Shown here: positions 1-11,612 of the stretch, piece by piece
How positions within the stretch are numbered: the first letter of the stretch is position 1
Layout of the letters: each line of letters opens with the position of its first letter
Source of the DNA: an uncultured Gammaproteobacteria bacterium
GTDB lineage: Bacteria > Pseudomonadota > Gammaproteobacteria > DRLM01
Reading direction: 5' to 3'
Assembly (NCBI GenBank): GCA_963729605.1
Contig: CAVSNY010000005.1
Span: forward strand, 87,318 to 151,317
DNA: 64,000 bases
The notes under the pieces: generated by a model
Database searches by the model: none
What the model saw: only the letters and a program-made list of their open reading frames with translations
What the model was told of the DNA's origin: nothing
Translations under genes and position numbers: made by a program

Positions 1-390
1 GGAAAGTAATGATGTATCGTCCTCCTAACTTGAGCGAACGGGAGCAATTTTCGAACGCCAACCATGGATTATTCAAATGCTCAATCACCTCACACATCAC
101 GACAATATCGAAAATATCTTTATAAAGAGCGTCACCACCCAGATCATAAACTGATTTCTTCCGATAGATTATCGATCCATCACTAATATAGTTGCCAATC
201 TTTTCAGAGGTATCGATACCGACAATTTCAGATTGGGCCGAGAAATTATTTAAAATCGCATTATGGATAAATGGCTCTGCATATTCGCCAATAAACCCGA
301 CATCTAAGATACGTGATTTAGCATTGGCTCTGAAAATACTCGCTATTACAAAGTCTACTCTTGATGTATATTTAGCCACGCACGTCTCCA
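1..390 (-). CDS. SAM-dependent methyltransferase, N-terminal part (gene runs off window start)
   Basis: I translated the minus strand myself: ...VAKYTSRVDFVIASIFRANAKSRILDVGFIGEYAEPFIHNAILNN...FDIVVMCEVIEHLNNPW. This has a class I methyltransferase motif I (ILDVG) and the post-II region (VVMCEVIEHL). It is not in the ORF track because it runs off the edge. Confidence 0.5.
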
Positions 391-396
391 ATGAAT

Positions 397-1104
397 TTAT
401 TTCAGTGGCTTTTCGAAGACCGCGAGAATATCGAGTGCATATCGTTCCGGCACGGAATAACCGTCGATGCGTGGTCTTATCGATATCAGGCGATCTAGAG
501 GTGTCAGTAAAAGATATAGGACAGTGGATCCTAATGGCCTTAAAAATGGCGGAAGGCAGATCGATGGCAAACGAGTACCGACCCACGTTAAAAGACCCTC
601 TCCTACCGCTTCCATATGGATGCATTGAAGACCGGAACGAGACCATAACCTCTCCATGGTCTTATGAGTGAACCGCCAATAATCATTTGGATCACCATGA
701 TACTCATGAATAAATGGCACGCTAACGAATAGCCGCCCACCCGGCTTTAAAACTCTGTAGATCTCCAATGGCGCGACCGTCAAATCGTATACATGCTCGA
801 ATAGGTGGAACGCCAATACCGCATCGAATGAATCGGAATCCAAAGCGAACGGCTTTTCCACATCGAGCGCAACCACACCCTCGCTCGCAAATAAATCTGT
901 TTTCAATAGCGTCGAATCAGAAGAAATCCGCAAAAAATTAAAATAAGAATTCTTCCCAGATTTTCCACCTATCTCCAAGATGGCACCATTAACACTGAAT
1001 TTAGATAAAGAAAGATTAAAAAGCGTTCGAGACAAACTTTTGCCGTGCAAGAGTTGTCTAGCAACACCAATTGGAGAATGGAATTTATGCGTTAATCCGG
1101 TCAT
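397..1104 (-). CDS. class I SAM-dependent methyltransferase (Methyltransf_11-like)
   Basis: The ORF contains ILEIGGKSGKN (motif I), DAVLAFHLFEHV and LKPGGRLFV, the typical MTase fold order. It is low-GC and adjacent to glycosyltransferases. Confidence 0.8.
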   Translation of the reverse strand: MTGLTHKFHSPIGVARQLLHGKSLSRTLFNLSLSKFSVNGAILEIGGKSGKNSYFNFLRISSDSTLLKTDLFASEGVVALDVEKPFALDSDSFDAVLAFHLFEHVYDLTVAPLEIYRVLKPGGRLFVSVPFIHEYHGDPNDYWRFTHKTMERLWSRSGLQCIHMEAVGEGLLTWVGTRLPSICLPPFLRPLGSTVLYLLLTPLDRLISIRPRIDGYSVPERYALDILAVFEKPLK

Positions 1105-2189
1105 TTTCCATCCAAAGGAAACGCGTTAATAAGTTTTCCAGTCAGCGCATCGAGTGAATGATCCTTCACCACAATCGAACGCATCGCATCTCCTAAAGCT
1201 AGTCGATCCACGACCGGCATCTTTGCAATCATCGCTATTTTTTTTGCCAACGTCGCGGGATCATTTTTGGGAATCACGAGGTCACTAGAAGCCAGCCCAA
1301 AAACATCTCGAAAAGCAGCATTGCTCGTAATTACCACTAATCCGCAACTCATAGCTTCTAACACTGCCTTGTCAATACTGTCGGTATCACTACTGTTAAT
1401 GAAAACATCCGCACCATGGTATGCCTCGTGGACCCTATGGAAGGGAAAAGCTTGGTGAAAAGTGACAACCCCGGCGAACGATAATTCCTCTGCTTGCTGA
1501 CGTAGTTGGCGTGCGTAAACTTCCGCCGCTTTCCCTGCCGGATCACCCACGTAGCGCAATTCCAATCTCTGCTGTACCTCGAAAGGCAGCATGGCAAGAG
1601 CCTCTAGAGCTACTTCCAGCCGTTTAACCGGTGATAGGCGACCAACAGTGAGTAGCACGAGTTTTTCTTCGCTATTCTTACGCGCCATTTTACTCGGAGA
1701 GAAACGAGCAACATCGATACCATGCCCTATAAACTGAACCTTATGGGTATTAATCTGAAATCCACTTTTGCTTGCAGACACAACTCGATCTACCAACTGC
1801 GTGGCCAAACGTAGCAATAGAGAAACGTGCGAATGGGTGTACCAAAGTACAACCGGAATGTTTCTAGATTTCAATAATGGCCAACCGAGCACTGCAAATA
1901 ACGGCATCATGTGAGCGAAGCAGACATCTATTCGCTCAGCACGTAGAACGCGCCAAAGAATCCGGTAGAATTCCAGCAGGCGGCGAAACTCAGAATATCC
2001 TTTCTCTTTACCAACACTTAAAACTTTGACGTTGCCTGCCACCGACAAGCGCCCCTTCATCATCGTAATAACGAAAACTTGCTCACATTTTTTGGAAAGA
2101 GCGTTAATCCAATCGGTTGTAAACCCGAGAACAGAATCGTCAGCGTCTGTTTTTAGGTTAAATATAAGGAGATTCATTTCGCCGCCCAC
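1101..2189 (-). CDS. glycosyltransferase family 4 (GT-B, group 1)
   Basis: C-terminal GRLSPVKRLEVALEAL...SSDTDSIDKAVLEAMSCGLVVITSN matches the GT4 EX7E-type region. It overlaps the neighbouring GT by a few nt, so they are probably translationally coupled. Confidence 0.85.
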   Translation of the reverse strand: MGGEMNLLIFNLKTDADDSVLGFTTDWINALSKKCEQVFVITMMKGRLSVAGNVKVLSVGKEKGYSEFRRLLEFYRILWRVLRAERIDVCFAHMMPLFAVLGWPLLKSRNIPVVLWYTHSHVSLLLRLATQLVDRVVSASKSGFQINTHKVQFIGHGIDVARFSPSKMARKNSEEKLVLLTVGRLSPVKRLEVALEALAMLPFEVQQRLELRYVGDPAGKAAEVYARQLRQQAEELSFAGVVTFHQAFPFHRVHEAYHGADVFINSSDTDSIDKAVLEAMSCGLVVITSNAAFRDVFGLASSDLVIPKNDPATLAKKIAMIAKMPVVDRLALGDAMRSIVVKDHSLDALTGKLINAFPLDGK

Positions 2190-3211
2190 ATTCTTACTAG
2201 CGAATCAGCCAGACGCTCTCTGCCAAAAAGTTTTCTGACATATTGGCAAGCTGCTTCGGCAAATTGGTGACGCTTCGAACCATCGTTCAACAGGGCTAAG
2301 ATTCTACTCACCAGGCATTCTCGATCGCCGGGCTGACAGAGATACCCCGTTTTCCCATCCACAATTATATCCTCAGGACCAATACAGGCAGTACTTACCA
2401 CTGGAAGCCTCGCCATATTAGCTTCGACGATGACCCGACCGAAGCCTTCATAATGAGAGGTAAGTAAAAAGAGATCAGCTGCGCCATAGACCTCCGGAAG
2501 TTTTTGATAAGCGACATTACCAAGGAAAACGAAAGCCGCTGCCAGTCCTTTGCTTTGCACCCGATTTTGAATTTCTTTCCTCAGTGGACCATCCCCAGCA
2601 ATGAGAAAACGGGTATCCGGCGCTCGTGCTAAAACTTGCTGAGCAACATCGATCCACAAGTGCATATTTTTCGGAGCATAAAGACGACCGACAAATAGCA
2701 CAACCTTGTTTCCAGACAATGACGGGTGAATGGCAGCTTTACAAAATTCTTTCTCTTCCTTAGTCGGACTAAAACTGACACCAACCGGAATGACATGTAT
2801 AGATTTTACAGGCACTCCGATATTTTCGACGAGCTTACGCTTTTGCTCCTGCGATACCACCCGAACTGCGTCGGCTTTTTTCAGTAGGCTCGAAGCAATA
2901 CGCCGGCGCACCGCGTTTAGACGATTTTCTTTGAGCCAGTCAGCGGAGAATAGATCAAAGTGCAGTTGAGGAATGAAACGAGCGCGGTATCGTCTCGCCA
3001 GCCATAAACCGAGCTGACCATCTTCATACGGTTCTTGAGTAGTGATGACCGTAGGCGCCCAACCATCAACACATACCTCGCGCGAGGCACGAAGAGCATC
3101 GATAACAAACAGGGCTCGATGAGCCGATGCGGTACCATATATTTTGAGGTTTGAGACTGGATTGATAAACTGCTGTGACACGAGCTTCTTGGTATAAGTG
3201 AGAATGCGCAA
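2174..3211 (-). CDS. glycosyltransferase family 4
   Basis: Contains FVGRLYAPKN...SHYEGFGRVIVEANMARLPVVSTACIGPEDIIVDGKTGYL, the canonical GT4 signature. Confidence 0.85.
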   Translation of the reverse strand: MRILTYTKKLVSQQFINPVSNLKIYGTASAHRALFVIDALRASREVCVDGWAPTVITTQEPYEDGQLGLWLARRYRARFIPQLHFDLFSADWLKENRLNAVRRRIASSLLKKADAVRVVSQEQKRKLVENIGVPVKSIHVIPVGVSFSPTKEEKEFCKAAIHPSLSGNKVVLFVGRLYAPKNMHLWIDVAQQVLARAPDTRFLIAGDGPLRKEIQNRVQSKGLAAAFVFLGNVAYQKLPEVYGAADLFLLTSHYEGFGRVIVEANMARLPVVSTACIGPEDIIVDGKTGYLCQPGDRECLVSRILALLNDGSKRHQFAEAACQYVRKLFGRERLADSLVRMWAAK

Positions 3212-3350
3212 TTCGCTGCCAGGGACGTATTGGCTTAAGCTCTCAGCGTAGTAAATGTGACGTTGAAGTGTATCCCCGAATCCATTCTGGTTTTCCAGCA
3301 GCGTCGGATCTTCGAAAGAATGAGCACACGCAGAGGAGAGTTCATTGAGT

Positions 3351-4553
3351 TCACGCAGCGCGAGTATGTTGTGAAGTTGGTGTGGTTGTCTTATTGGAAT
3401 TTAGCAGTCGCGTTAGCGCATTCTCATAGGCGAGAAAACATTCTTCTTCGTCAAAATGTTTCTCCAACATACGGCGAGCATTGCTTGTCAGACGATGACA
3501 GGTATCAGAGTTACTTAGTAACTTATGAATAGCATTCATAAGACCTTCGTTGTCGCCATAAGTAACCAACAAGCCGGTTTGATCGTGCTTGACGACTTCG
3601 CCAGTACCTCCGACATCGGTCGCAATGACGGGGACACGAGCCGCCATTGCCTCCAATACAACGTGCGGCAGTCCTTCATAGCTAGAATTGAGAATAAAAA
3701 GGTCAGAAGTCTCCAGCAGAGCACGCACCTTTGACTTGGATATCTGCCCCAGAAAGATAACTCGGTCGGCAATCCCATAACTCAGAGCCTGCTGTTGAAG
3801 CTTGGCCTGCTCGGGGCCCTCACCCGCAATCACCAATCGTGTATTGGGAAGATTGTGTAAAGCTTCTATAAGTCGATCCACGCCTTTCCATGGCACTAGA
3901 CGGCAAACAGTAGTGATTGTTTTGCCATGGTACGCGGGAAGAGTGAGTTCATCTGCCGGCTGATCGAGTTGGGTTGAATTGTAGATGATCTGAAGCGCCC
4001 TGTTATTCGTATTCCAGCCGCTGACAATTTTGGCCAGGTAATGACTGGGGGTGATGATGAGGTAAGCGCGAGCAAGGGAAGTGTCACGGAGTTTATCGAG
4101 CAGGCGAAATCGCAATGATTTCGATAAATGCTGATAATCATCAATGGTGCCAGAATACCATTTGCGGACGCGAGCGATTTCCCAAGCACGGTCACCTACT
4201 ACTTTGTGCAACTCTGGCTTCCGCAATAGCGTCGCTGCTATACGTGTTTCAAGATCAAGGCCATTAGCAAATACAATATTTGCAGATTTTCCTAGCTTGT
4301 AGATAGCAGAGATGGTGGTCACCAACCGCTTAAGCCGAGACCCACGACGGAGAATGCGATGGACTTTAAAAGGATAGCAGGTGTCATCATGATCGATGAT
4401 GTCACTCCAGCAGACAACTTGTACCGTATGCCCTCGTTGCGTTAGCCAATGAGAAATGCGTGGCACAAAGTTGGCCGGGCCACCTATATCGGGCGGAAAA
4501 ATACCGGATAAAATAAGAATGTTCAATCGTGATGTTTTCACATATCTATACAT
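3351..4553 (-). CDS. glycosyltransferase family 4
   Basis: Contains SSYEGLPHVVLEAMAARVPVIATDVGGTGEVVKHDQTGLL with the N-terminal GT-B fold. Low GC. Confidence 0.85.
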   Translation of the reverse strand: MYRYVKTSRLNILILSGIFPPDIGGPANFVPRISHWLTQRGHTVQVVCWSDIIDHDDTCYPFKVHRILRRGSRLKRLVTTISAIYKLGKSANIVFANGLDLETRIAATLLRKPELHKVVGDRAWEIARVRKWYSGTIDDYQHLSKSLRFRLLDKLRDTSLARAYLIITPSHYLAKIVSGWNTNNRALQIIYNSTQLDQPADELTLPAYHGKTITTVCRLVPWKGVDRLIEALHNLPNTRLVIAGEGPEQAKLQQQALSYGIADRVIFLGQISKSKVRALLETSDLFILNSSYEGLPHVVLEAMAARVPVIATDVGGTGEVVKHDQTGLLVTYGDNEGLMNAIHKLLSNSDTCHRLTSNARRMLEKHFDEEECFLAYENALTRLLNSNKTTTPTSQHTRAA

Positions 4554-4555
4554 AG

Positions 4556-5510
4556 TTAGTTGGACATAGTCGTATCGGCGCGTTTTCTCTTAATGGATGA
4601 AAATATTACTGCGAACAGGATGCTCATTAACAAGCCCGCAGCAAACCCCATCGCAACAATCATTTTTCGATCCGGTTTACTTTTCGTCTCAGGCACCACC
4701 GCCCGATCGATTATGTTGAATGCATATTGATCCCGCGCGTTGGCGAGCATGATGTTTTTTGTTTGAGCCTCGATCAGTCGATAGATTGATTGCTGCATTT
4801 CCAACACGCTAGTCTTAGCTAATTGATCCTTGAGATAGGCAAGACTCTTCTCAGCCTCTGTAATCGCGGCCTGTTGCTCATGCCAGTTCAACCGCTCCAC
4901 CATGAGGTTGGCCCAGAGTGCCGCTTGCTGGGGATCCTTCCACTCGATAGCCAGAGTGATCAGTCCAGTCTTTTTGTCCTGTGTGATGGTACGGATGTTG
5001 TTATCAAAGATTTGATAGGCTTTCCGCAATGTCGGTGTATTTTTGGGATCCTCTACTAGCCATGTTTTATTCTGCGGATCCCATATGTCACTAAACAACA
5101 CTGGTAACAACTTCTCGTCCTGGATAAAGGCATCGGTAAATGCTCGCGACTTCAAAACTGCAATAACCCTGTCCACAGAATTACCACCCGAACCGATGTT
5201 AATGCCCGCTAATGAGGCGATTCCGCCCAACTCCCCTGCGAGAGCGGACAACCGGCCACCTTCTTCAGGAGAGTACTGGTGCCAAAGTAACCTCAGCACG
5301 ATAAATAGGGGGCATCCACCAGGCAATTGCCGCCGACGCGGCCGTCGTAACTAATGTTACTGCTAGAATTAGCCACTTGAACGAGACCAACACGCGCCAC
5401 AAATCCAACAAGTTGACCTCATCCTCCGCAACTGCCTCCTGCGGTTGAAGGTAGTACACCACCTGAGAGGGTTCAGCGCTCTTTGTTGGGCCTTGCTCGT
5501 TCATTTGCAT
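4556..5510 (-). pseudogene. wzz: Wzz-like polysaccharide chain-length determinant (PCP-1), split by an apparent frameshift near 5262-5275
   Basis: The N-terminal ORF 5265..5510 ends ...WWMPPIYRAEVTLAPVLS*. The +1-frame ORF 4556..5326 continues ...SPEEGGRLSALAGELGGIASLAGINIGSGG... and ends with the TM segment MGFAAGLLMSILFAVIF plus KRKR. Together they make a normal ~320-aa Wzz with N- and C-terminal TM helices. A single indel in gtactctcctgaag joins them. Confidence 0.55.
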
Positions 5511-5600
5511 ATCCAGGGTATATCTTGTCTATAACTCATAGATAATTGCATTGTAGTTCTACATCAAATCGAAGCATCGTGGACTCGAGTTTTTGCGCAA

Positions 5601-6003
5601 TCACTTCCCTATCCACAGTTGCCTCCTGTGCGCGAGAATGCGGTTGCGATAAGGCAGGAAATCCGCATGGTCGAAGACATGTCTGCGAATCAATTCGCCA
5701 TACTGCGTATCACTGCCGAGGATTCTTTTACCATACTTTAATACTTGTCCAAGCAGGGGCTCGCCGACGGCACGGATGTCCACCAAGTCGACCGGACGGC
5801 CGGTTTCCCCCGCCAATTCGGTAATCAACTGTATTTTTTCTTCCGTCGTAAGACGACGGCCCGCATCTACCGCAAGATCAAGATCGCTGTCCGCGCGTCC
5901 TTTACCTGCCGCCAATGAGCCGAACAAGATCGCCAGGCGTATTTGGGGATACGCGCTTAAGACGGCTAGCAGAGTTTGGTTTAGTTCGGTGTCGGTGGTC
6001 ATG
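5601..6003 (-). CDS. MNT-type (pol-beta superfamily) nucleotidyltransferase, solo, no HepT/HEPN partner
   Basis: Contains LFGSLAAGKGRADSDLDLAV, the GS-x9-13-DxD minimal nucleotidyltransferase motif. The likely start is MTTDTELNQ. No cognate HEPN gene on either side. Confidence 0.7.
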
Positions 6004-6093
6004 TCGTAGTAATGAATCTCGCCAAGGCGCTTCGCCCCAGGCATTGCTATGTTCCACTTCCCTGCCTCTCTCCCGAGAGGGGAAAGAACAGCA

Positions 6094-8589
6094 CTAGAGT
6101 ACACCCACGGCATTCCAGGCCGCGATGGCCAAGCCGAATTGATAGACGATCTGGCTCACGCTGGTCCATAAAGTGAGCGGACGCAAGCGTTCCACATCCA
6201 AGGGCACCACGATGGTATCGCCGGGTTTTATGTGCACTGAACTGCGCTGAAACCACTTGCTGGACTTACTCGCTATCACCGCGCCGTTGGCGCGCACCAC
6301 ATAAATGCGGTCGTCGTCGGCCTTTTTGGTCAGGCCGCCGCTGGAATTGATGTATTCATCCCGTTTAAGCCCGGCGCGGTACAGATGCGAAGTGGGATGA
6401 AACACTTCGCCAATTACCGTGACCTCTTGCGTGAAAGGCGGAACCACCAAGGTGTCACCTTCTTTTAAGACCACATCGGCTTCTGGTTTGCCCGCGACTA
6501 CGGCGGGCAGATCGATCACCAAACGGCCGGCGGCCTTGACCCGTTCCAGTTGGCTGGACAAGTCTTTCATGATTTGCAGTTCTTGTAGTTGATCGGCCTT
6601 GGTCTCCACCTGCATCTGTTGCAGGCTGAGGCTCGCCAAATCCTCCTGCAAGCGTTGCTGCAAGGTGTCCAACTGCTCCTGTTCACGCCGGCGCAGTTCT
6701 TCGCGCATGAATACCGCGCCGTCGGCGTAGGCGTAATCGGTGAGCCCGCCGGCGCGGGCGATCACGCTGCTGAGGGTTTCGCCGCGGCGAATCGGATAAG
6801 TGCCGGGAAAACGCACCTCTCCGCTGAGTTTTATTTGTCCTTGCGCCGCCCACTGCGGCACTTCCTTCACATTGAGATGATCGTGCGGATGCAGCGCCAC
6901 GTCCGCGCCGGGCTTGCCGGCCAGAGCATCACCCAAATTGATCTTTTGCAGTTGCACCTCGCGGTATTCGCCGTTGACCACGCCATAACGGGTCAACTCG
7001 GCCTCCAGGGAGTAGGCCGCCTCACCCAGTTGTCCGCCCGCCCGCAGCAAATCGCTGACGCGCATATCGGCTTCCAGCGGATATGTGCCGGGAAAACGCA
7101 CATTGCCATCTACCGTCACTACCGGTGACGGCTGTTCCAAACTCGCTTGTTGGGTAAGCTGGTCCACTAGTTCCTCGATCACCTCGCCCCGGGCTTGGGT
7201 GGCGCCGAACACCAACACTTCATCGCGCGGGGCCAACCGCACGTCGGCGGACGAGCCCGGCTGATCCAAGGCTTTGCGCAAACTGGCGGAGAACACCAGG
7301 ATGCGCCGATCCGGCTTCAGCTCGCGCTTGATCACCAGGTAATCCAAGTCGGGCTTGGGCATCAATTCGTCCGGCGAGGCGATCAAATTACTCAAGCGCA
7401 TGCCTTCCCGCCATTGATACCCGCCGGGGCGCTGCACGTGGCCGGAGAGCAAGACGACGCCTTCCATATTTTCCAATATGGAATGGACTCGTAAGACATC
7501 GCCATTTTGTACCGGCGTGGCGAGCACGGCCGGCGCGCTTAAATTCACATCCAGCAAGGTCCGTTCGCGCTGATTGTTGATCCGCTCCAATTGAGCGCCG
7601 GTCGGATACGCCGTGGAGAGCAGGCCGCCGCTGAAGGCGAGCGCCTCCCCGAGGGTCTTTTCGTGTTTCATTTCGTAAATCGCCGGACGCTTCACCTCAC
7701 CCGCTACCCCGACCGTGGCGCCGATGGGCGGGACGAAGATGACGTCGCCCGGTTGCAGGCGGGCGTCGGCGCGGGTATCGCCGCGCAACAGGAGATCGTA
7801 AAGATCCAGGCGGGTGATTATTTCGCCGTTGCGTTTGAGTTGTATGTCGCGCAGCGACCCGATGGGTTTGACGCCGCCGCTCACGAGCAAGGCATTGGTC
7901 ATGGTGGACAGGCCGCTCACCGTGTAGGAGCCGGGCTGTTGCACGTCACCCAGCACGAAGACGCGGATGGAGCGCAGCGGGCCCAGGCTGATGTTCGCCC
8001 GCACGCCGATCAATTGCTGCTCCACCCGCTGCATGAGGTTGTCTTTGAGTTCGGGGAAACGCAGTCCCGCCACCGGCACCGGCCCAATGCCGGGGAAATT
8101 CAAGGTGCCGTCGCGACCCACCGGCAGGGTGTATTCAGCGTTGTCCTTGCCGAATAATTGCACTTGCACCATGTCGCCGGGACCGACGATGTATTCGGCG
8201 GGCACCGGAATGTCGGTGGCCGGGGCAAAGGTGGTGGGGGAACCGGCGAAGAGATCGTAGCCGAATTGTTTGAGGCTCTGGCTACTCTTTTGAGTTTTTT
8301 GTTTCTCGCTGAGCGAGGACTCATCCGCCGTTTTGCTTGCCTCCTCCATGGGAGAGGTCGGCTGCGTCGTGCGCGGTTTGGTTAATTCGGGAAATGCCGG
8401 CGCGGCTTGGGTCCGGCCCGCGCCCTCCCGTTGGTTGAGCAGCTCCTGGGCCTTGGCCTGCTCCTCCGGGGACAACTGCTGGAATAGCTGGCGCTGTTCG
8501 GGGGTGAGCTCCACCGCCTGCACGGCCCATGCGAACCCGCAGGTCAGCACGACTCCCAATACGCCTTGAAAGACTTTCCTAGACTTCAA
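6094..8589 (-). CDS. large outer-membrane polysaccharide export protein (Wza/OPX family with multiple SLBB domains), signal peptide
   Basis: Signal peptide MKSRKVFQGVLGVVLTCGFAWAVQA. The Poly_export motif YIVGPGDMVQVQLFGKDNAEYTLPVGRDGTLNFPGIGPVPVAGL is followed by several repeated SLBB-like GDxLxVP units (GDVIFVPP, GDTLVVPP, GDTIVVP). Length 831 aa. Confidence 0.8.
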   Translation of the reverse strand: MKSRKVFQGVLGVVLTCGFAWAVQAVELTPEQRQLFQQLSPEEQAKAQELLNQREGAGRTQAAPAFPELTKPRTTQPTSPMEEASKTADESSLSEKQKTQKSSQSLKQFGYDLFAGSPTTFAPATDIPVPAEYIVGPGDMVQVQLFGKDNAEYTLPVGRDGTLNFPGIGPVPVAGLRFPELKDNLMQRVEQQLIGVRANISLGPLRSIRVFVLGDVQQPGSYTVSGLSTMTNALLVSGGVKPIGSLRDIQLKRNGEIITRLDLYDLLLRGDTRADARLQPGDVIFVPPIGATVGVAGEVKRPAIYEMKHEKTLGEALAFSGGLLSTAYPTGAQLERINNQRERTLLDVNLSAPAVLATPVQNGDVLRVHSILENMEGVVLLSGHVQRPGGYQWREGMRLSNLIASPDELMPKPDLDYLVIKRELKPDRRILVFSASLRKALDQPGSSADVRLAPRDEVLVFGATQARGEVIEELVDQLTQQASLEQPSPVVTVDGNVRFPGTYPLEADMRVSDLLRAGGQLGEAAYSLEAELTRYGVVNGEYREVQLQKINLGDALAGKPGADVALHPHDHLNVKEVPQWAAQGQIKLSGEVRFPGTYPIRRGETLSSVIARAGGLTDYAYADGAVFMREELRRREQEQLDTLQQRLQEDLASLSLQQMQVETKADQLQELQIMKDLSSQLERVKAAGRLVIDLPAVVAGKPEADVVLKEGDTLVVPPFTQEVTVIGEVFHPTSHLYRAGLKRDEYINSSGGLTKKADDDRIYVVRANGAVIASKSSKWFQRSSVHIKPGDTIVVPLDVERLRPLTLWTSVSQIVYQFGLAIAAWNAVGVL

Positions 8590-9754
8590 GCTGCGGAACC
8601 CCTCTGTTCATAGCCATCGTAGTCATGCCGTCAGCATCTCCTTCGCCAGTAAGGACCGAAGAAATCTACCACAATACAAGCAGATAAAATACCCGGCACG
8701 GTGATTTTTCCGATATGGCGAGTGTTGCATGGCTTCTTCCATCTGCGGGAGAAGGACATGAATGGCGCATCGGAAAATAATGCGGGCTGAATAAACGATC
8801 AGCGGAATGGACCCCCGCCGGTTCAACAAAGAGCAAACCACCCCGGCCCTGCGGGCCACCCCTCCTTGTAACAAGGAGGGGAGAACATTACAAACAACGA
8901 CCACGCACGGGGTTAGTTCGCGGTGCAGATCAAACTCCGATACCCCCCTCCCCTCCGAAGAGAGAAATATTTCGACGTCCCCGCGCGACGCTCGCACGAT
9001 CAAGCTCGACAACTCCCCTCCTCTCCGAGGAGGGGTGGCCCGCAGGGCCGGGGTGGTGCGCATCAAAATCATCCGCCCTCGAATCACTCAATACCGCCAT
9101 TGCCACTGCACATCCACGTGATTTTCCGATATGGCGGGTGAGAGAAATATTTCGACGTCCCCGCGCGACGCCTGCACGATCAAACTCCGATGACTCCCCT
9201 CCTCTCCGAGGAGGGGTGGCCCGCAGGGCCGGGGTGGTGCGCATCAAAAATCATTCGCCCTCGAATCATTCAATACCGCCATTGCTACTGCACATCCAGG
9301 TGATTTTTCCGATAGGGCAGGTGTTACATGGCCTCTTCATCTGCGGGAAAAGAGCATGAATGGCGCATCGGAAAATAATGCGGGCTGAATTAACGATCAG
9401 CGGAATGGACCCTCGCCGGTTCAACAAAGAGCAAACCACCCCGGCCCTGCGGGCCACCCCTCCTTGTAACAAGGAGGGGAGAACATTACAAACGGCGATC
9501 ACGCACGGGAGTTAATTCGCGGCGCGGATCAACTCCGATAACTCCCTGAGAATCGAAACCGGCCGCCGCGTTGTAATAGCGTTAATTCCGCGGTGCAGAT
9601 CAAACTCCGACAACTCCCCTCCGAAGAGAGGAATATTTCGACGTCACCGTGCGGCACTTGCGCGATCAAACTCCGATAACTCCCCTCCTCCCCGAGGAGG
9701 GGTGGCCCGTAGGGCCGGGGTGGTGCGCATCAAAATCATTCGCCCTCGAATCAT

Positions 9755-11213
<1,459 letters not shown>

Positions 11214-11533
11214 ACGATGGAGAACAATCCCTGGTCCTTTTGGTGAATGAGGAAACCGCTGAATTTATGTCCCGTTCCTCGTATTGGAAAATGGAGGAAA
11301 CGGGCGAAAGGCGTCAAACACGCTCTTGCCCCCGCAACCCCGCCCGGCAAGAGGGCAAAACGAAGGGGTTGGTTTAATCTTAAATTCCCCGTGACAAGCC
11401 GCGCGGACAAGGCGATAGGGGATTCTCCCCTTGAGCAGGCGCGGAGATCCGTTCCCCGTGCGCGGTCAGACCTATTTAATCCAATCCTCCGGCATTTTTC
11501 CACGAATCCCGCTTCAAGGAAACCCGCGCGGAC

Positions 11534-11560
11534 AAAAAAACGGGCGCCTGCGGGCGCCCG
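11534..11560 (-). terminator. rho-independent terminator downstream of comEA
   Basis: On the minus strand: hairpin CGGGCGCC-CGCAG-GGCGCCCG followed by TTTTTTTGTCC. Confidence 0.7.
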
Positions 11561-11612
11561 TGTAATTTCAAACTATAAACTGCTTACAACAATTTTAAAT
11601 ATCCATCACGGA

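Noticed and set aside
192-671. 159-aa + strand ORF at the window start
   Set aside because: It overlaps two minus-strand methyltransferase genes in antisense and has no domain.
5601-5720. R-x5-H (RNRILAH) near the C-terminus of the MNT protein as a possible fused HEPN motif
   Set aside because: Only ~40 residues follow the nucleotidyltransferase domain, too short for a HEPN fold. The canonical HepT motif is Rx4HxY and is not matched.
9086-9100. ops/JUMPstart-like GGCGGTAT on the minus strand in the exporter gene leader
   Set aside because: Only 7 of 12 positions match GGCGGTAGCGTG. The element is simply the wzi 3' coding fragment contained in the repeat.
8623-9502. ORFs of 60-154 aa inside the repeat arrays (also 12105-12500, 12362-12694, 12721-12909, 12771-13088)
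   Set aside because: The translations are duplicated because the DNA is duplicated. They are rich in Arg/Pro/Gly and overlap each other in several frames, so they are most likely non-coding.
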